Shown here piece by piece: positions 17,025 to 25,868 of a stretch of 53,729 nt of DNA. Both the position numbers and the translations under genes were made by a program. The DNA is from Nanobdellota archaeon. Its GTDB lineage: Archaea > Nanobdellota > Nanobdellia > Woesearchaeales > GW2011-AR4. Below the pieces are notes generated by a model. The model was given only the letters and a program-made list of their open reading frames with translations. It did no database searches and was not told the origin of the DNA. Each line of letters starts with the position of its first letter. The stretch's first letter is position 1. The DNA is taken from positions 1 through 53,729 of the forward strand of contig JADFLA010000003.1 in assembly GCA_022564635.1 (NCBI GenBank). Reading direction: 5' to 3'.

Positions 17025-17924
17025 CTAAAACTCCCTCATTTCCCTAAATTCCTTAAATCTTTTTTCTATATCTTGATGTTTAATTTTTCTTAGTCTTTCT
17101 ATGGAAAAGTCTTCTGCATTAAAAGATGCTATTACACTGCCATATACAACTGCTTTTCTTAAGTTTGTTTCGCTTAGGTCCTGAGTTTTAGCCAAATACC
17201 CTATTAAGGCGCCACCAAAGCTATCACCACATCCTGTAGGGTCCTTTATGTTTTCTAGAGGGTAACCAGGTGCATTAAAATGCTTATTATCTGTAAATAA
17301 TAATGCACCATGTTCACCTTTTTTTATAATAACTGCTTTAGTGTGTAATTTCAAAGCGGAATTTGCTGCTGTTACCAAGTTTGGTGTGTCAAAAAGCTGC
17401 CTAGCTTCTCCATCATTAAGGACAATGATATCTGCTTTGTCTATTGTTTTAAGTAGTTGCTCGCGCTTGTGCTCAATCCAGAAATTCATAGTATCCATAA
17501 CAATTAGCTCTGGTTGTTTTATAGAGTTTATTGCATCAAGCTGTAATTCTGGATCTATGTTAGCAAGAAAAATATACTTTGCATTTTTGTAATCTTCAGG
17601 AACTTCCACTTTGTATGATTCCAAAGCATTTAATTCTGTTCTTATTGTTTTAGCTTCGTTCATGTCAAACTCATAGAAGCCTTGCCATCTGAATGTTTTA
17701 TCACCTGACATTATTCCTTTAGTATTGATTCCTCTTTCGTTTAGATATTTTATATATTGTTTGGGAAAATCTTTTCCAATAATTGAGAGAATGCCAGGTT
17801 TTGAGAAGAAAGAAGCTGCAATGGATGCATAAGTAGCAGAACCACCAATTACATCTTTAACTTTACCAAAAGGTGTTTCTAAAGAATCTAAAGCTACTGT
17901 GCCTATAATTACTAGGTCAATCAT
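17025..17924 (-). CDS. PfkB-family carbohydrate/nucleoside kinase
   Basis: GGSATY, LNDGEA, KKGEHG and DPTGCGDSFGG motifs. Confidence 0.92.
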   Translation of the reverse strand: MIDLVIIGTVALDSLETPFGKVKDVIGGSATYASIAASFFSKPGILSIIGKDFPKQYIKYLNERGINTKGIMSGDKTFRWQGFYEFDMNEAKTIRTELNALESYKVEVPEDYKNAKYIFLANIDPELQLDAINSIKQPELIVMDTMNFWIEHKREQLLKTIDKADIIVLNDGEARQLFDTPNLVTAANSALKLHTKAVIIKKGEHGALLFTDNKHFNAPGYPLENIKDPTGCGDSFGGALIGYLAKTQDLSETNLRKAVVYGSVIASFNAEDFSIERLRKIKHQDIEKRFKEFREMREF

Positions 17925-18038
17925 TTTATTATTAGAAAATTGTTAGGTTTAAAAAGTTTTAGAAAATTAATTAAATTTTTAGATAAATATAAAAGTAAAG
18001 TCTATTAATAGAATAATTGTTGTAAAAAGAGGTGGGTA

Positions 18039-18806
18039 ATGGCAGACACTAATATTAGAAATTTTATATTTGGAATTTTTCTTCTTGCAATACTTATTTT
18101 GTTAGGAACTTATGCTTTTAGTTTAATCGAAGGGGTAGATTTATTTAACTCATTATATAATGTTATATTGATAATAACCACGGTTGGGTTAGAGCATAAT
18201 GTTGCAACGTTTTACGGTAAAATTCTGGTAATAGTGCTGTTAGCTTTTGGAATTGGCCTTGTGCTTTATATAGCAATATTTTTAGGTAGTGCAGTTTTTG
18301 AAGGTCAAGCAAGATTATTATTCGGAGGAATAAAAGGAGGTCTGGTGAGAATGAGAAAGGAAAAAAATCATACTATTGTCTGTGGTTATGGTAAGTTAGG
18401 TAAGTATGTTTGTAGCGTATTAAAAGAGAAAAAACAAAAATACCTTATAATAGAGAAAGAGGCAGAGAAATGTACTGGATTGATATCTACTGGTGAAAGT
18501 ATCTTGCAAGGAAATGCCTTGGAACCAAATGTTTTGAAAAAGGCTGGGATAGAAAAAGCAAAGGGACTTATAGCTACTTTGGGAGAAGATTCTGACAATA
18601 TATACCTTTTAATGACAGCTGCTGAGCTTAATCCAAAGCTTTACTTAGCAGCAAAGGCAGAAGATGAGCATGCTGTTGATAGACTTCATAAGGTAGGTGC
18701 CAAAATAGTTGTATTGCCGCAAGTTGTTGGAGGAAGGCAGCTTGCAAATGCATTTTTGGAGATAGAAAAGACAGAGGAATTAGAGACGGTTAGTAAGAAG
18801 AAATAG
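18039..18806 (+). CDS. MthK/Kch-like channel: 2 TM, pore loop and TrkA-N (RCK) domain
   Basis: TM-pore-TM with TTVGLE; VCGYGKLG, GNALEP, AGIEKA and DSDN RCK motifs; GAGGTGG SD. Confidence 0.85.
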   Translation: MADTNIRNFIFGIFLLAILILLGTYAFSLIEGVDLFNSLYNVILIITTVGLEHNVATFYGKILVIVLLAFGIGLVLYIAIFLGSAVFEGQARLLFGGIKGGLVRMRKEKNHTIVCGYGKLGKYVCSVLKEKKQKYLIIEKEAEKCTGLISTGESILQGNALEPNVLKKAGIEKAKGLIATLGEDSDNIYLLMTAAELNPKLYLAAKAEDEHAVDRLHKVGAKIVVLPQVVGGRQLANAFLEIEKTEELETVSKKK

Positions 18807-18927
18807 CATTATTACATTAAAAACAATAAAATTTTAATAAATTATTTAATTCTTTTTTTAAAAATTACAATGATAAAATTTAAAAAATAAAACAAAAAAT
18901 ATTAATATAAATTAAATTTTTCTTATA

Positions 18928-19995
18928 TTGGGTGGAATAAAAGTGGATGATAAAAAAGTTGAGGCTATAAATCCTGGAAAAGACAAGAAGATCTCTCAGA
19001 TTCTTGATGAGATGAGGAAGACTGGTTTTCAAGGAAGATCATTAGCGGAAGCTGCTGAAGTTCTTGAGCAAATGATTACAGACAAAGATGTTACTATATT
19101 GTTTGGTTATGCTGCTTCTTTATCCACAACAGGGCAATGGAAAATAATTAATTGGTTATTAGAAAATCATTATATTGATATTTTGGTTGGTACTGGTGCA
19201 AATCTTTCTGAAGATATAATTGAGGCAATGGGCTTTTCTTATTATCAATGCAAGCCTAATGTTGATGATGAAAAATTTTTCAAAGAGGGGATGAATAGAT
19301 ATTATGATCTTTATGGTAAAGAAGATGATTACATGAAAATGACGGAGTTGATTACAGAATTTATTATTACATTAGACCAAAATCATAAATATTCTTCTCG
19401 CGAGTTTTTATATTTGTTTGGCAAATGGTTAGGGAAAAAAGGAATTAAGAGTATCGTAGCTACAGCTGCTGAAAATAATGTTCCTGTTTTTTGTCCTGCA
19501 ATAATTGACAGTCCTTATGGGGATGCGGCTTTAATAGCTAAAAGCAAAGGTTTTCATTTAACTCTTGATGGGGTACAGGATTATGTCGAGTTTATGAGAT
19601 TGAGTGAGAAGGTTAAGGAAACAGCTGTTGTTTATATTGGCGGAGGAGTTCCTAAAGATTTTATTCAGTTGTTTGCAGTGACTGCAGATTTATTGTATCC
19701 AGACAGAAAGGTTCCTAACCGACAAAGTTCTCAAACCAGAAAAGGTGTTGAGAATGAAACCTATTATCCACATAAATATGCTGTTCAAATAACCACAGAC
19801 AGTCCGCAATGGGGTGGTTTATCTGGATGCACTTTTGATGAGGCTGTTTCGTGGGGTAAGGAGACCAAAGAGGGAAGATATATACAATGTTATTGCGATG
19901 CTACGATTGCATTGCCCATTATTTCTCATGCTTTGGCAGAGAGATTAGATGGTAAGAGGGAGGGAAGGCAGTTTTGTTTGCAGTTTAAAGATTAA
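18928..19995 (+). CDS. dys: Deoxyhypusine synthase family protein
   Basis: TGFQGRSL, GTGANL, PAIIDS, GGGVPK and GGLSG..EAVSWGK (catalytic Lys) motifs. True start may be GTG at 18943. Confidence 0.9.
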   Translation: MGGIKVDDKKVEAINPGKDKKISQILDEMRKTGFQGRSLAEAAEVLEQMITDKDVTILFGYAASLSTTGQWKIINWLLENHYIDILVGTGANLSEDIIEAMGFSYYQCKPNVDDEKFFKEGMNRYYDLYGKEDDYMKMTELITEFIITLDQNHKYSSREFLYLFGKWLGKKGIKSIVATAAENNVPVFCPAIIDSPYGDAALIAKSKGFHLTLDGVQDYVEFMRLSEKVKETAVVYIGGGVPKDFIQLFAVTADLLYPDRKVPNRQSSQTRKGVENETYYPHKYAVQITTDSPQWGGLSGCTFDEAVSWGKETKEGRYIQCYCDATIALPIISHALAERLDGKREGRQFCLQFKD

Positions 19996-20106
19996 GAATT
20001 CTTGTAGTAAATACGCCGACGCCCAACAAGGTATATTTCTGTGATTATTTAAAATTAGAATATCTAAGAAGTATATAAAAATTTGCTTTAAACAAAATTC
20101 TAGAAT

Positions 20107-21373
20107 TCATAAAACTTTACTTTTAGTAGATTTGATTATAGGCAAATCTTTGGACATTTCCAAACCTTCAGACATTTCCAAACTTTTTATCTCTGGTAAA
20201 GAAGAACCTATAATCCCTTGCATATCACCATACATATGAGCAATACCAAAAATTGCTTGTTCTATCTGTTTTTCCCTTTTTGACCAGCTTTTTGATATAG
20301 ATCTTTTTTCTTTCTGAAGATCGTCCATCATCTAGGCAAATGCTTCAACAATGGTTTCGACATTGTGTCTAAATTCCGTTCCAGTTAAATAATTATATAC
20401 AGTTTCCATTTTTTCATTCTTACCCGTATTGAAACTTTTTGTTCTTGAAATTTCAAAGAGTTGGTTTCTAAGCATTAAAGTTACAGGAACAATAGATTTA
20501 TGATGTACTATAAATACACCCTCTCGCATATCAAAATTATCCACACCATCTGGAAGTACAGTTGTAACTATAACTCCTATGTCAGCATTAGCATTTCTTT
20601 GATCATTCTTAAGTTTTGAGATCCATCCATTACTCCAATTTTTTGCATTTTTTGATTCAAAAAGTATAGTGCCACATACTTTTCCAGTTTTAAAACACAC
20701 CTTTTGTAGAATATCAGCACCTTTAATTCCTGAAGAAATTGGTTCAATGTCATCAAAATTAAAATTTTTACTTAATACTTGTTCTAATTCCAGTACTTCT
20801 CCTTGTAATTTTTGACTGCCTTGTTCAGCTGTTCTTTTTAATTCCGTAATTTGTTTTTTTAGATTGGTATTTTCTAATTCTCTCTCTTTATTCTTTAAGT
20901 CATTTTCTTCATTTACTTGTTCAGTAGCTTTATCAAATATTTTTTTCCGTTCTTCATCTAATTTACGTGCTGTTTCAAGTTCAAATTTTTTCTTTGCATC
21001 ATCTAATTCTCTTTTTTCCTTTCTTAGTTTTAATTCCTCTTCCTCAGCCTTTTGTAATCTTTTGTCTTTCTCTTTTATCTTTTCATCTTTGTCTTTCATT
21101 TCCTTACTAAATAACTCTTCGACTTTTTTTCTTTCACTTTTCTCAATTTTCTCAGTTTCTCTCATTATAGCAACTTCAATTTGATTGTCTAAGTTTTTTT
21201 TCAATTTGCTTATCTCTTTATTTCTTCTATCTAATTCAGATTTAGTTTTTTTTTACTTCTAAATTGTATTTATTTTCATACTCTTTATCCATTTTATCTT
21301 TAAGAGAATGAGCAAATACTTCATCTAAGGTAATACTTTTATTGCAATGAGGGCATGTTACTTTAGTTAACAT
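20107..21373 (-). pseudogene. DUF2130-domain coiled-coil protein, disrupted
   Basis: N-terminus MLTKVTCPHC at 21373, one extra base in the A9 run (plus-strand T9, 21246-21254), in-frame TAG at 20332-20334. QGEV, GADI, ESKN..WS..WI.KL and MYGDMQGI motifs. Confidence 0.8.
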
Positions 21374-21499
21374 TTTTTTTACCATCTTAATGCGCTTTAA
21401 GATATATGTTATACAATTATTATAATGGAAACTATATATCTCTTTTAAATGTTTCTATTATCATTTATGTGTGTTAAACAATCACAGAAATATATATAA

Positions 21500-21614
21500 C
21501 GCCGCGACCCGGATTTGAACCGGGAAACCCTTGCGGGAACTGGCTCTCAAGGCGTACACTTTTAGGTCAATATTGGCCTAAAATCAGCGCAATGCCAGAT
21601 TATGCGATCGCGGC
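21500..21614 (-). tRNA. tRNA-Ser(UGA) with a 31-nt intron at 29/30 (21554-21584)
   Basis: Acceptor GCCGCGA/UCGCGGC, G73, long variable arm. Spliced stem CUGGC/GCCAG around CUUGAGA; 84-nt mature form. BHB helix GCGC/GUGU predicts both junctions. Confidence 0.9.
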
Positions 21615-21689
21615 AGTTGTGGTAGAACTATAGAAGTTTGTGATTTATTTAAAGTTATCTGGTATGAAAGGAATTTATTTCTTTGTACT

Positions 21690-23600
21690 TTATTTTTTTC
21701 TAAAAATTCTTCCAAACAATCCTTTCTTTTCTAATTGCTTTTCTTTCTCAAAAATATTACCTAGCTCTCTTACTTGCCTCTCTAAGTCCTCGTATCCTTG
21801 CTCTTCTTTTCTTTTATGTGTAGTTTTTCTTTCTGAGCTTTCTTTTTTTCTAAAAATCATTGATAAAAAATCCTTTATGTTATGTCTTTCCCTATCAATT
21901 ATATCCACTTTCGATTCTATTTTCTTTATATATTCCTGTTTATCTATATCTCCACCTTTTTCTCTCTTGAATATAATTAATATAACCAAAACAAAAATTA
22001 TGGCTGCGATATAAGCGATTATCACAAATGCTTTGATTGGTTTTTCTTCCTCAAGTTTTATTTCTGTTACAGATATATCTTCTTCTGTTTCTTTTTTCTC
22101 TGTCTCATCAATTGCTCGAGTTATTTCTGTTTCTAAACTAACTTCCTGTTGTTGTTCTTCAATTTCTTCTTTAGCTTCTTGCTGTTCCTCTATTTCTTCT
22201 ATAGTTTCCTGCTCCTCTTCTGGTTTTTCTTCTATCTTAGGAACTTCAATTATTATATTGTCTCTCACAATAAAAACTTGGTTGCTTGATTCATAAGCAG
22301 ATTCTAAATTGAGATGATAAATTTCATTTAATGGTGGGGTTATAATGGAAGAATCGAAAATCTTAATGGTTTCAAGAGGTTTTATTTCAGAGTATGCTGT
22401 TGAATGATCCTGAATATTTGGGATATTTGTAAAGTAGTTTATCTTAACATTTCGAAACCTATGAACTCTGCTTGGATTAATAAGGAATGCACTAAGACGT
22501 ACCCTTTGCTCAGGCACAGCAATTTGTTGAGAAAAATCATGAATGATGTATGGGCAATCACAGTAAACCTCTATGTTAGCGCTTTCTTCAGCTTTTCTCA
22601 AGAATTTTTCTATTTTATAGCTTGCTTCTGTCAGAACAGAGTAGTTGCCAGTTCTTTGGCCTTGAAGTTTTATTGCTAAATCCTTATTTTCTTCTGGAGC
22701 AAGAGTACCGCTCCAGGTGATTATCTTATTGTTAATAGTTGCATCTTTAGGTTTTTTTATGAGTAAAAGTTTTCCAGGCAGCTTTATTTTTAATGCTGTT
22801 ACAGTTAGATCATATTGGTCATTTATATTTTTAAGATTAATTGTTAGATCTAGTTCTTCTCCAATATCAAATTTGCTTTTATCTAGTTTAGGGGTTATTT
22901 TCAATGAATAATTATATACCTTAGCACTTATTGTGCTTGAGGTCGTATTTATCTGCTCTATTCCATCAAAAAAAAAGATACTAGCAGTTAATTCAAAATC
23001 ATCTGGACTTAAACCCTGTATCTTATAAGTGCATTTCTTTATCTGTTTTGGATGTATGTCCTCCTGGAATACAATAGTATCAAATATCTTTTTACATCCT
23101 TCTACATCTGTAACTAAAATAGAGGAAGGGACGTCAATTGTTGCGGTAACATCCTCTGCGACAATATCGGCAGTATTTTCTATCGATAGCTCTGCAGTTG
23201 TCTCTTCATTTAATAAAATATTATTTTGTTTAATTGTATTTTTTATATCCAGTTTTGATTTTATTTGATATACTTTTACATTTGTCTTATATACATCATA
23301 ATATCCTGTAAGGTTTCTGTAAGAAAAAGAAATATTACTTATGCATATATCAAAATTACCCTTTATTTCACATCCTCCGCTTTCTATTATAATCCCAGAA
23401 ATATCTATTTCTATGTATACTTTGTTACTTCCTGAGACTATCCTGAATTCAAAAAGGCTGTCAGCTATCTCAATAATATCTCCATCTTCAACTGTTCCTG
23501 AATAAACAAGTTCCTCATAAATAGAGAAGGAATTAGGCATTAAAATGAGTATAAATATTATAAGTAATACAAAAAATATGCCTCTTTTTTTCATTCTCAC
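21690..23600 (-). CDS. Membrane-anchored surface protein with Ig-like/CARDB-like domains
   Basis: N-terminal signal peptide, beta-rich domains, Glu-rich spacer, one TM (FVIIAYIAAIIFVLVILII), charged cytoplasmic tail. Confidence 0.7.
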   Translation of the reverse strand: MRMKKRGIFFVLLIIFILILMPNSFSIYEELVYSGTVEDGDIIEIADSLFEFRIVSGSNKVYIEIDISGIIIESGGCEIKGNFDICISNISFSYRNLTGYYDVYKTNVKVYQIKSKLDIKNTIKQNNILLNEETTAELSIENTADIVAEDVTATIDVPSSILVTDVEGCKKIFDTIVFQEDIHPKQIKKCTYKIQGLSPDDFELTASIFFFDGIEQINTTSSTISAKVYNYSLKITPKLDKSKFDIGEELDLTINLKNINDQYDLTVTALKIKLPGKLLLIKKPKDATINNKIITWSGTLAPEENKDLAIKLQGQRTGNYSVLTEASYKIEKFLRKAEESANIEVYCDCPYIIHDFSQQIAVPEQRVRLSAFLINPSRVHRFRNVKINYFTNIPNIQDHSTAYSEIKPLETIKIFDSSIITPPLNEIYHLNLESAYESSNQVFIVRDNIIIEVPKIEEKPEEEQETIEEIEEQQEAKEEIEEQQQEVSLETEITRAIDETEKKETEEDISVTEIKLEEEKPIKAFVIIAYIAAIIFVLVILIIFKREKGGDIDKQEYIKKIESKVDIIDRERHNIKDFLSMIFRKKESSERKTTHKRKEEQGYEDLERQVRELGNIFEKEKQLEKKGLFGRIFRKK

Positions 23601-23647
23601 AAGAAAATTAATTTAATAATTATTTTTTTATTGTTTCTTATTATCAA

Positions 23648-24709
23648 TTATTTTTTTTCTTCTTCATATATTTCAATGAAAGTTACAAGCATTGCAAGTA
23701 TTATAGGACCAATTATTATTCCTACAAAGCCAAGAAATTTTAAACCACCAACAACTCCGAGCAAGACAAGCACAGGATGTAAACCTCCTTTGCTACCTAT
23801 TATTTTTGGTTTCAATATATTATCTATTGTTCCTACAACAAATATTCCATAAAGCATAAACAGTATCCCTTTTATCATTAGAGTAGTTTCTGAATTAAGA
23901 TAGCCATTAAATATTAGTATTAAAGAGGCTGGAAACCAAATAATAGAGGATCCTACGTATGGAATCAAAGATGCGAACATCATGACTATGCCCCATAATA
24001 GAGGAGATGGCAGCCCAAATACAAAAAATCCAAGACCACCTAAAGTTCCTTGAATTATTGCAATTATTATGCTTCCATAAATTACTGCATAAGTCATATT
24101 ATTTAATTTTTTGAAAACATATTTTCTGTATTTGCTTTTTAATGGCATAATGCGCTCAACTTTATCGATAAAAATTTCTCCATCTCTAAAAAGGAAAAAC
24201 ATAACAAACAGTACAATGAACATGTCCAGAATAAATATTGGAACTGAAAATAGTATATTTGAAATGCTGCCAGTTATTTTTGTGGTAATGCCTTTAATGG
24301 TTGTATCAAAATAATATTTTGTTTGAGGGTCATTTATTTTATCAGAAACAAAATTTGAGATCTTACATACAGTTTTGTCTGCTGGTGTGCATTCTGTCAG
24401 GAATTGTCCACTAGCAAGTTTCTGTTTCGATAATAAATAAGTTGTATAAGCTTCTTTGGATAGGGTGTTAAGTACGAAAAATAAAGGCAAGGTTATTATT
24501 AAAATAACTAAGATGGAAGTAATTAAGGAAGAAATGTTCTTATTTCTAATTTTTTTATAAATTCTTGAATATAAGGGGTGGAATATATAGGAAAAAATTA
24601 TTCCAGTAAGCACAGCGGTAAGAAATGGTTTTATGATTAAAAATGATACTAGAATTAGAACTAAAAAAATCAGTGTAAAAAAGATCTTGCGGTATATTTC
24701 TGAATCCAT
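23648..24709 (-). CDS. AI-2E family (UPF0118) transporter
   Basis: IIAIIQGTLGG, LIPYVGS, DNILKPKIIG and GIIIGP motifs. Start MDSEIY at 24709, because the longer track ORF runs through tRNA-Val. Confidence 0.92.
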   Translation of the reverse strand: MDSEIYRKIFFTLIFLVLILVSFLIIKPFLTAVLTGIIFSYIFHPLYSRIYKKIRNKNISSLITSILVILIITLPLFFVLNTLSKEAYTTYLLSKQKLASGQFLTECTPADKTVCKISNFVSDKINDPQTKYYFDTTIKGITTKITGSISNILFSVPIFILDMFIVLFVMFFLFRDGEIFIDKVERIMPLKSKYRKYVFKKLNNMTYAVIYGSIIIAIIQGTLGGLGFFVFGLPSPLLWGIVMMFASLIPYVGSSIIWFPASLILIFNGYLNSETTLMIKGILFMLYGIFVVGTIDNILKPKIIGSKGGLHPVLVLLGVVGGLKFLGFVGIIIGPIILAMLVTFIEIYEEEKK

Positions 24710-24732
24710 TTTCTTGAGATTTGTATTCTGAA

Positions 24733-24899
24733 TGGGCCCGAAGGGACTCCCAAATCCCGACCTGCATGGTCTGGGATATTCGAACCCTTGATCTCCGCCA
24801 ATTCGATACCTTTCTAATGATTTATTTAATGTCGAGGCGACGTCATAGCTCCTAGTAGCGAGCGAAGCTACGCTTCGCATATCACTAGACTACAGGCCC
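24733..24899 (-). tRNA. tRNA-Val(GAC) with three introns: 18/19 (24850-24882), 37/38 (24801-24829), 59/60 (24747-24778)
   Basis: Removing 33+29+32 nt gives a 73-nt cloverleaf GGGCCUG UA GUCU AGUGGCUA UGAC G UCGCC UCGACAU GGCGG AGAUC AAGGG UUCGAAU CCCUU CGGGCCC A. Each intron has a 4-bp BHB helix. Confidence 0.88.
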
Positions 24900-24957
24900 A
24901 TAAATATGGGTTAAGAGTAGAGGATATAAAAATATTGCTATTAACTCAAAAATAACG

Positions 24958-25043
24958 GAGAACACAAATAATAGATTAAAATAGTTTGTGTTCTCTAACA
25001 TAGTGGCGGAATAATTATGTTCAATTATTTAGTTCCGCCACTA
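24958..25043. repeat. Two adjacent 11-bp inverted-repeat hairpins
   Basis: GAGAACACAAA(24958)/TTTGTGTTCTC(24995) and TAGTGGCGGAA(25001)/TTCCGCCACTA(25043). Confidence 0.7.
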
Positions 25044-25123
25044 AAAATCCAAAAATTTAAAAACATTCAATGTAAAGACTATACAATAGTTCAAAAATTT
25101 CATTTTTAAAAAGAGGGTGTTTT

Positions 25124-25396
25124 ATGAGACAAACCAAGAGTTGTGCATGTTTGATAGGCGCGGCTGCAAGAGATTTAGAAATATCAAAAAGAAAATCTAT
25201 GTTGAGGATAGAAGAAATAAACAAAAAGCTTAAGACTTCTAAAGATACAAAGAAAATAATAAAGTTGAAGGATAAAAAAAGGGAAATCATGAAGGCTATA
25301 AAAGAAACCACCAAGCATAAAATGAATGTAAAAAAACTATTTGATGAGCATATTAAAAAGAGTGGTTATGTGCCACCAAAATATAAAGGTAGGTAA
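25124..25396 (+). CDS. Small Lys-rich hypothetical protein (90 aa)
   Basis: GAGGGTG SD; first gene of the plus-strand signalling cluster. Confidence 0.6.
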   Translation: MRQTKSCACLIGAAARDLEISKRKSMLRIEEINKKLKTSKDTKKIIKLKDKKREIMKAIKETTKHKMNVKKLFDEHIKKSGYVPPKYKGR

Positions 25397-25400
25397 TATA

Positions 25401-25730
25401 ATGCATACTAATCAAAAAATTTTAAAGAATTTTTTTGATACTATAATAAGAATAGTTTCTCAGGGAACTTCTGATACATATGCTACAATGATATTAATGA
25501 AATTTAATAAAGAAAATACTTCAGATTTTCCTTTTGTTAAGTATATAAATTTGTATTCAAAGAAAATGGAAATAAATCAAAAAATCAATTCTGTTAATTC
25601 AAAACTTGTTGCAAAATACATTACAAAATTAGTAAATTCTATTTTTTCCGATTTGTTCAAGCACTTGCTTAAAAAAAATATGAGTTTAGAATTACTTAAA
25701 GATTTTAAAAAATTAGGAGTTAAAATTTGA
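25401..25730 (+). CDS. Unknown ~110-aa protein, paralogue 1 of 3
   Basis: Ungapped similarity to 29304 and 43826 ORFs (TNQ..FF..TS..Y..F.F.K.I..IN..LL..LG). Start reassigned to ATG 25401. Confidence 0.75.
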   Translation: MHTNQKILKNFFDTIIRIVSQGTSDTYATMILMKFNKENTSDFPFVKYINLYSKKMEINQKINSVNSKLVAKYITKLVNSIFSDLFKHLLKKNMSLELLKDFKKLGVKI

Positions 25731-25868
25731 TAAATGCTTCATTATACATAAATTTTTATATTAAAGAATTCATAATAATTAAAATGTGGTATTTTGCACA
25801 AAAAAGGGCAGCGGAAATTAAAAATTTCCTGGTCTTTTTTTATTAAAAATAAAAAAAGGTGAATAAAA

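Noticed and set aside
18928-19995. Reassigning the DHS-family gene as a homospermidine synthase
   Set aside because: The catalytic motif is intact and the sequence alone cannot discriminate; a phylogeny or assay is needed.
20013-20030. ACGCCGACGCCC as an att remnant of the tRNA-Ser 3' end
   Set aside because: Only a short partial match (ACGCCG...CCC), compatible with chance.
20332-20334. Amber readthrough, pyrrolysine or a recoded genetic code
   Set aside because: TAG ends intact genes here (carS 3425-3427; 6473-6475), and the same gene has a separate frameshift.
24710-24880. 57-aa N-terminal extension of the AI-2E ORF in the track
   Set aside because: It overlaps the triple-intron tRNA-Val; family-like sequence starts at MDSEIY (24709).
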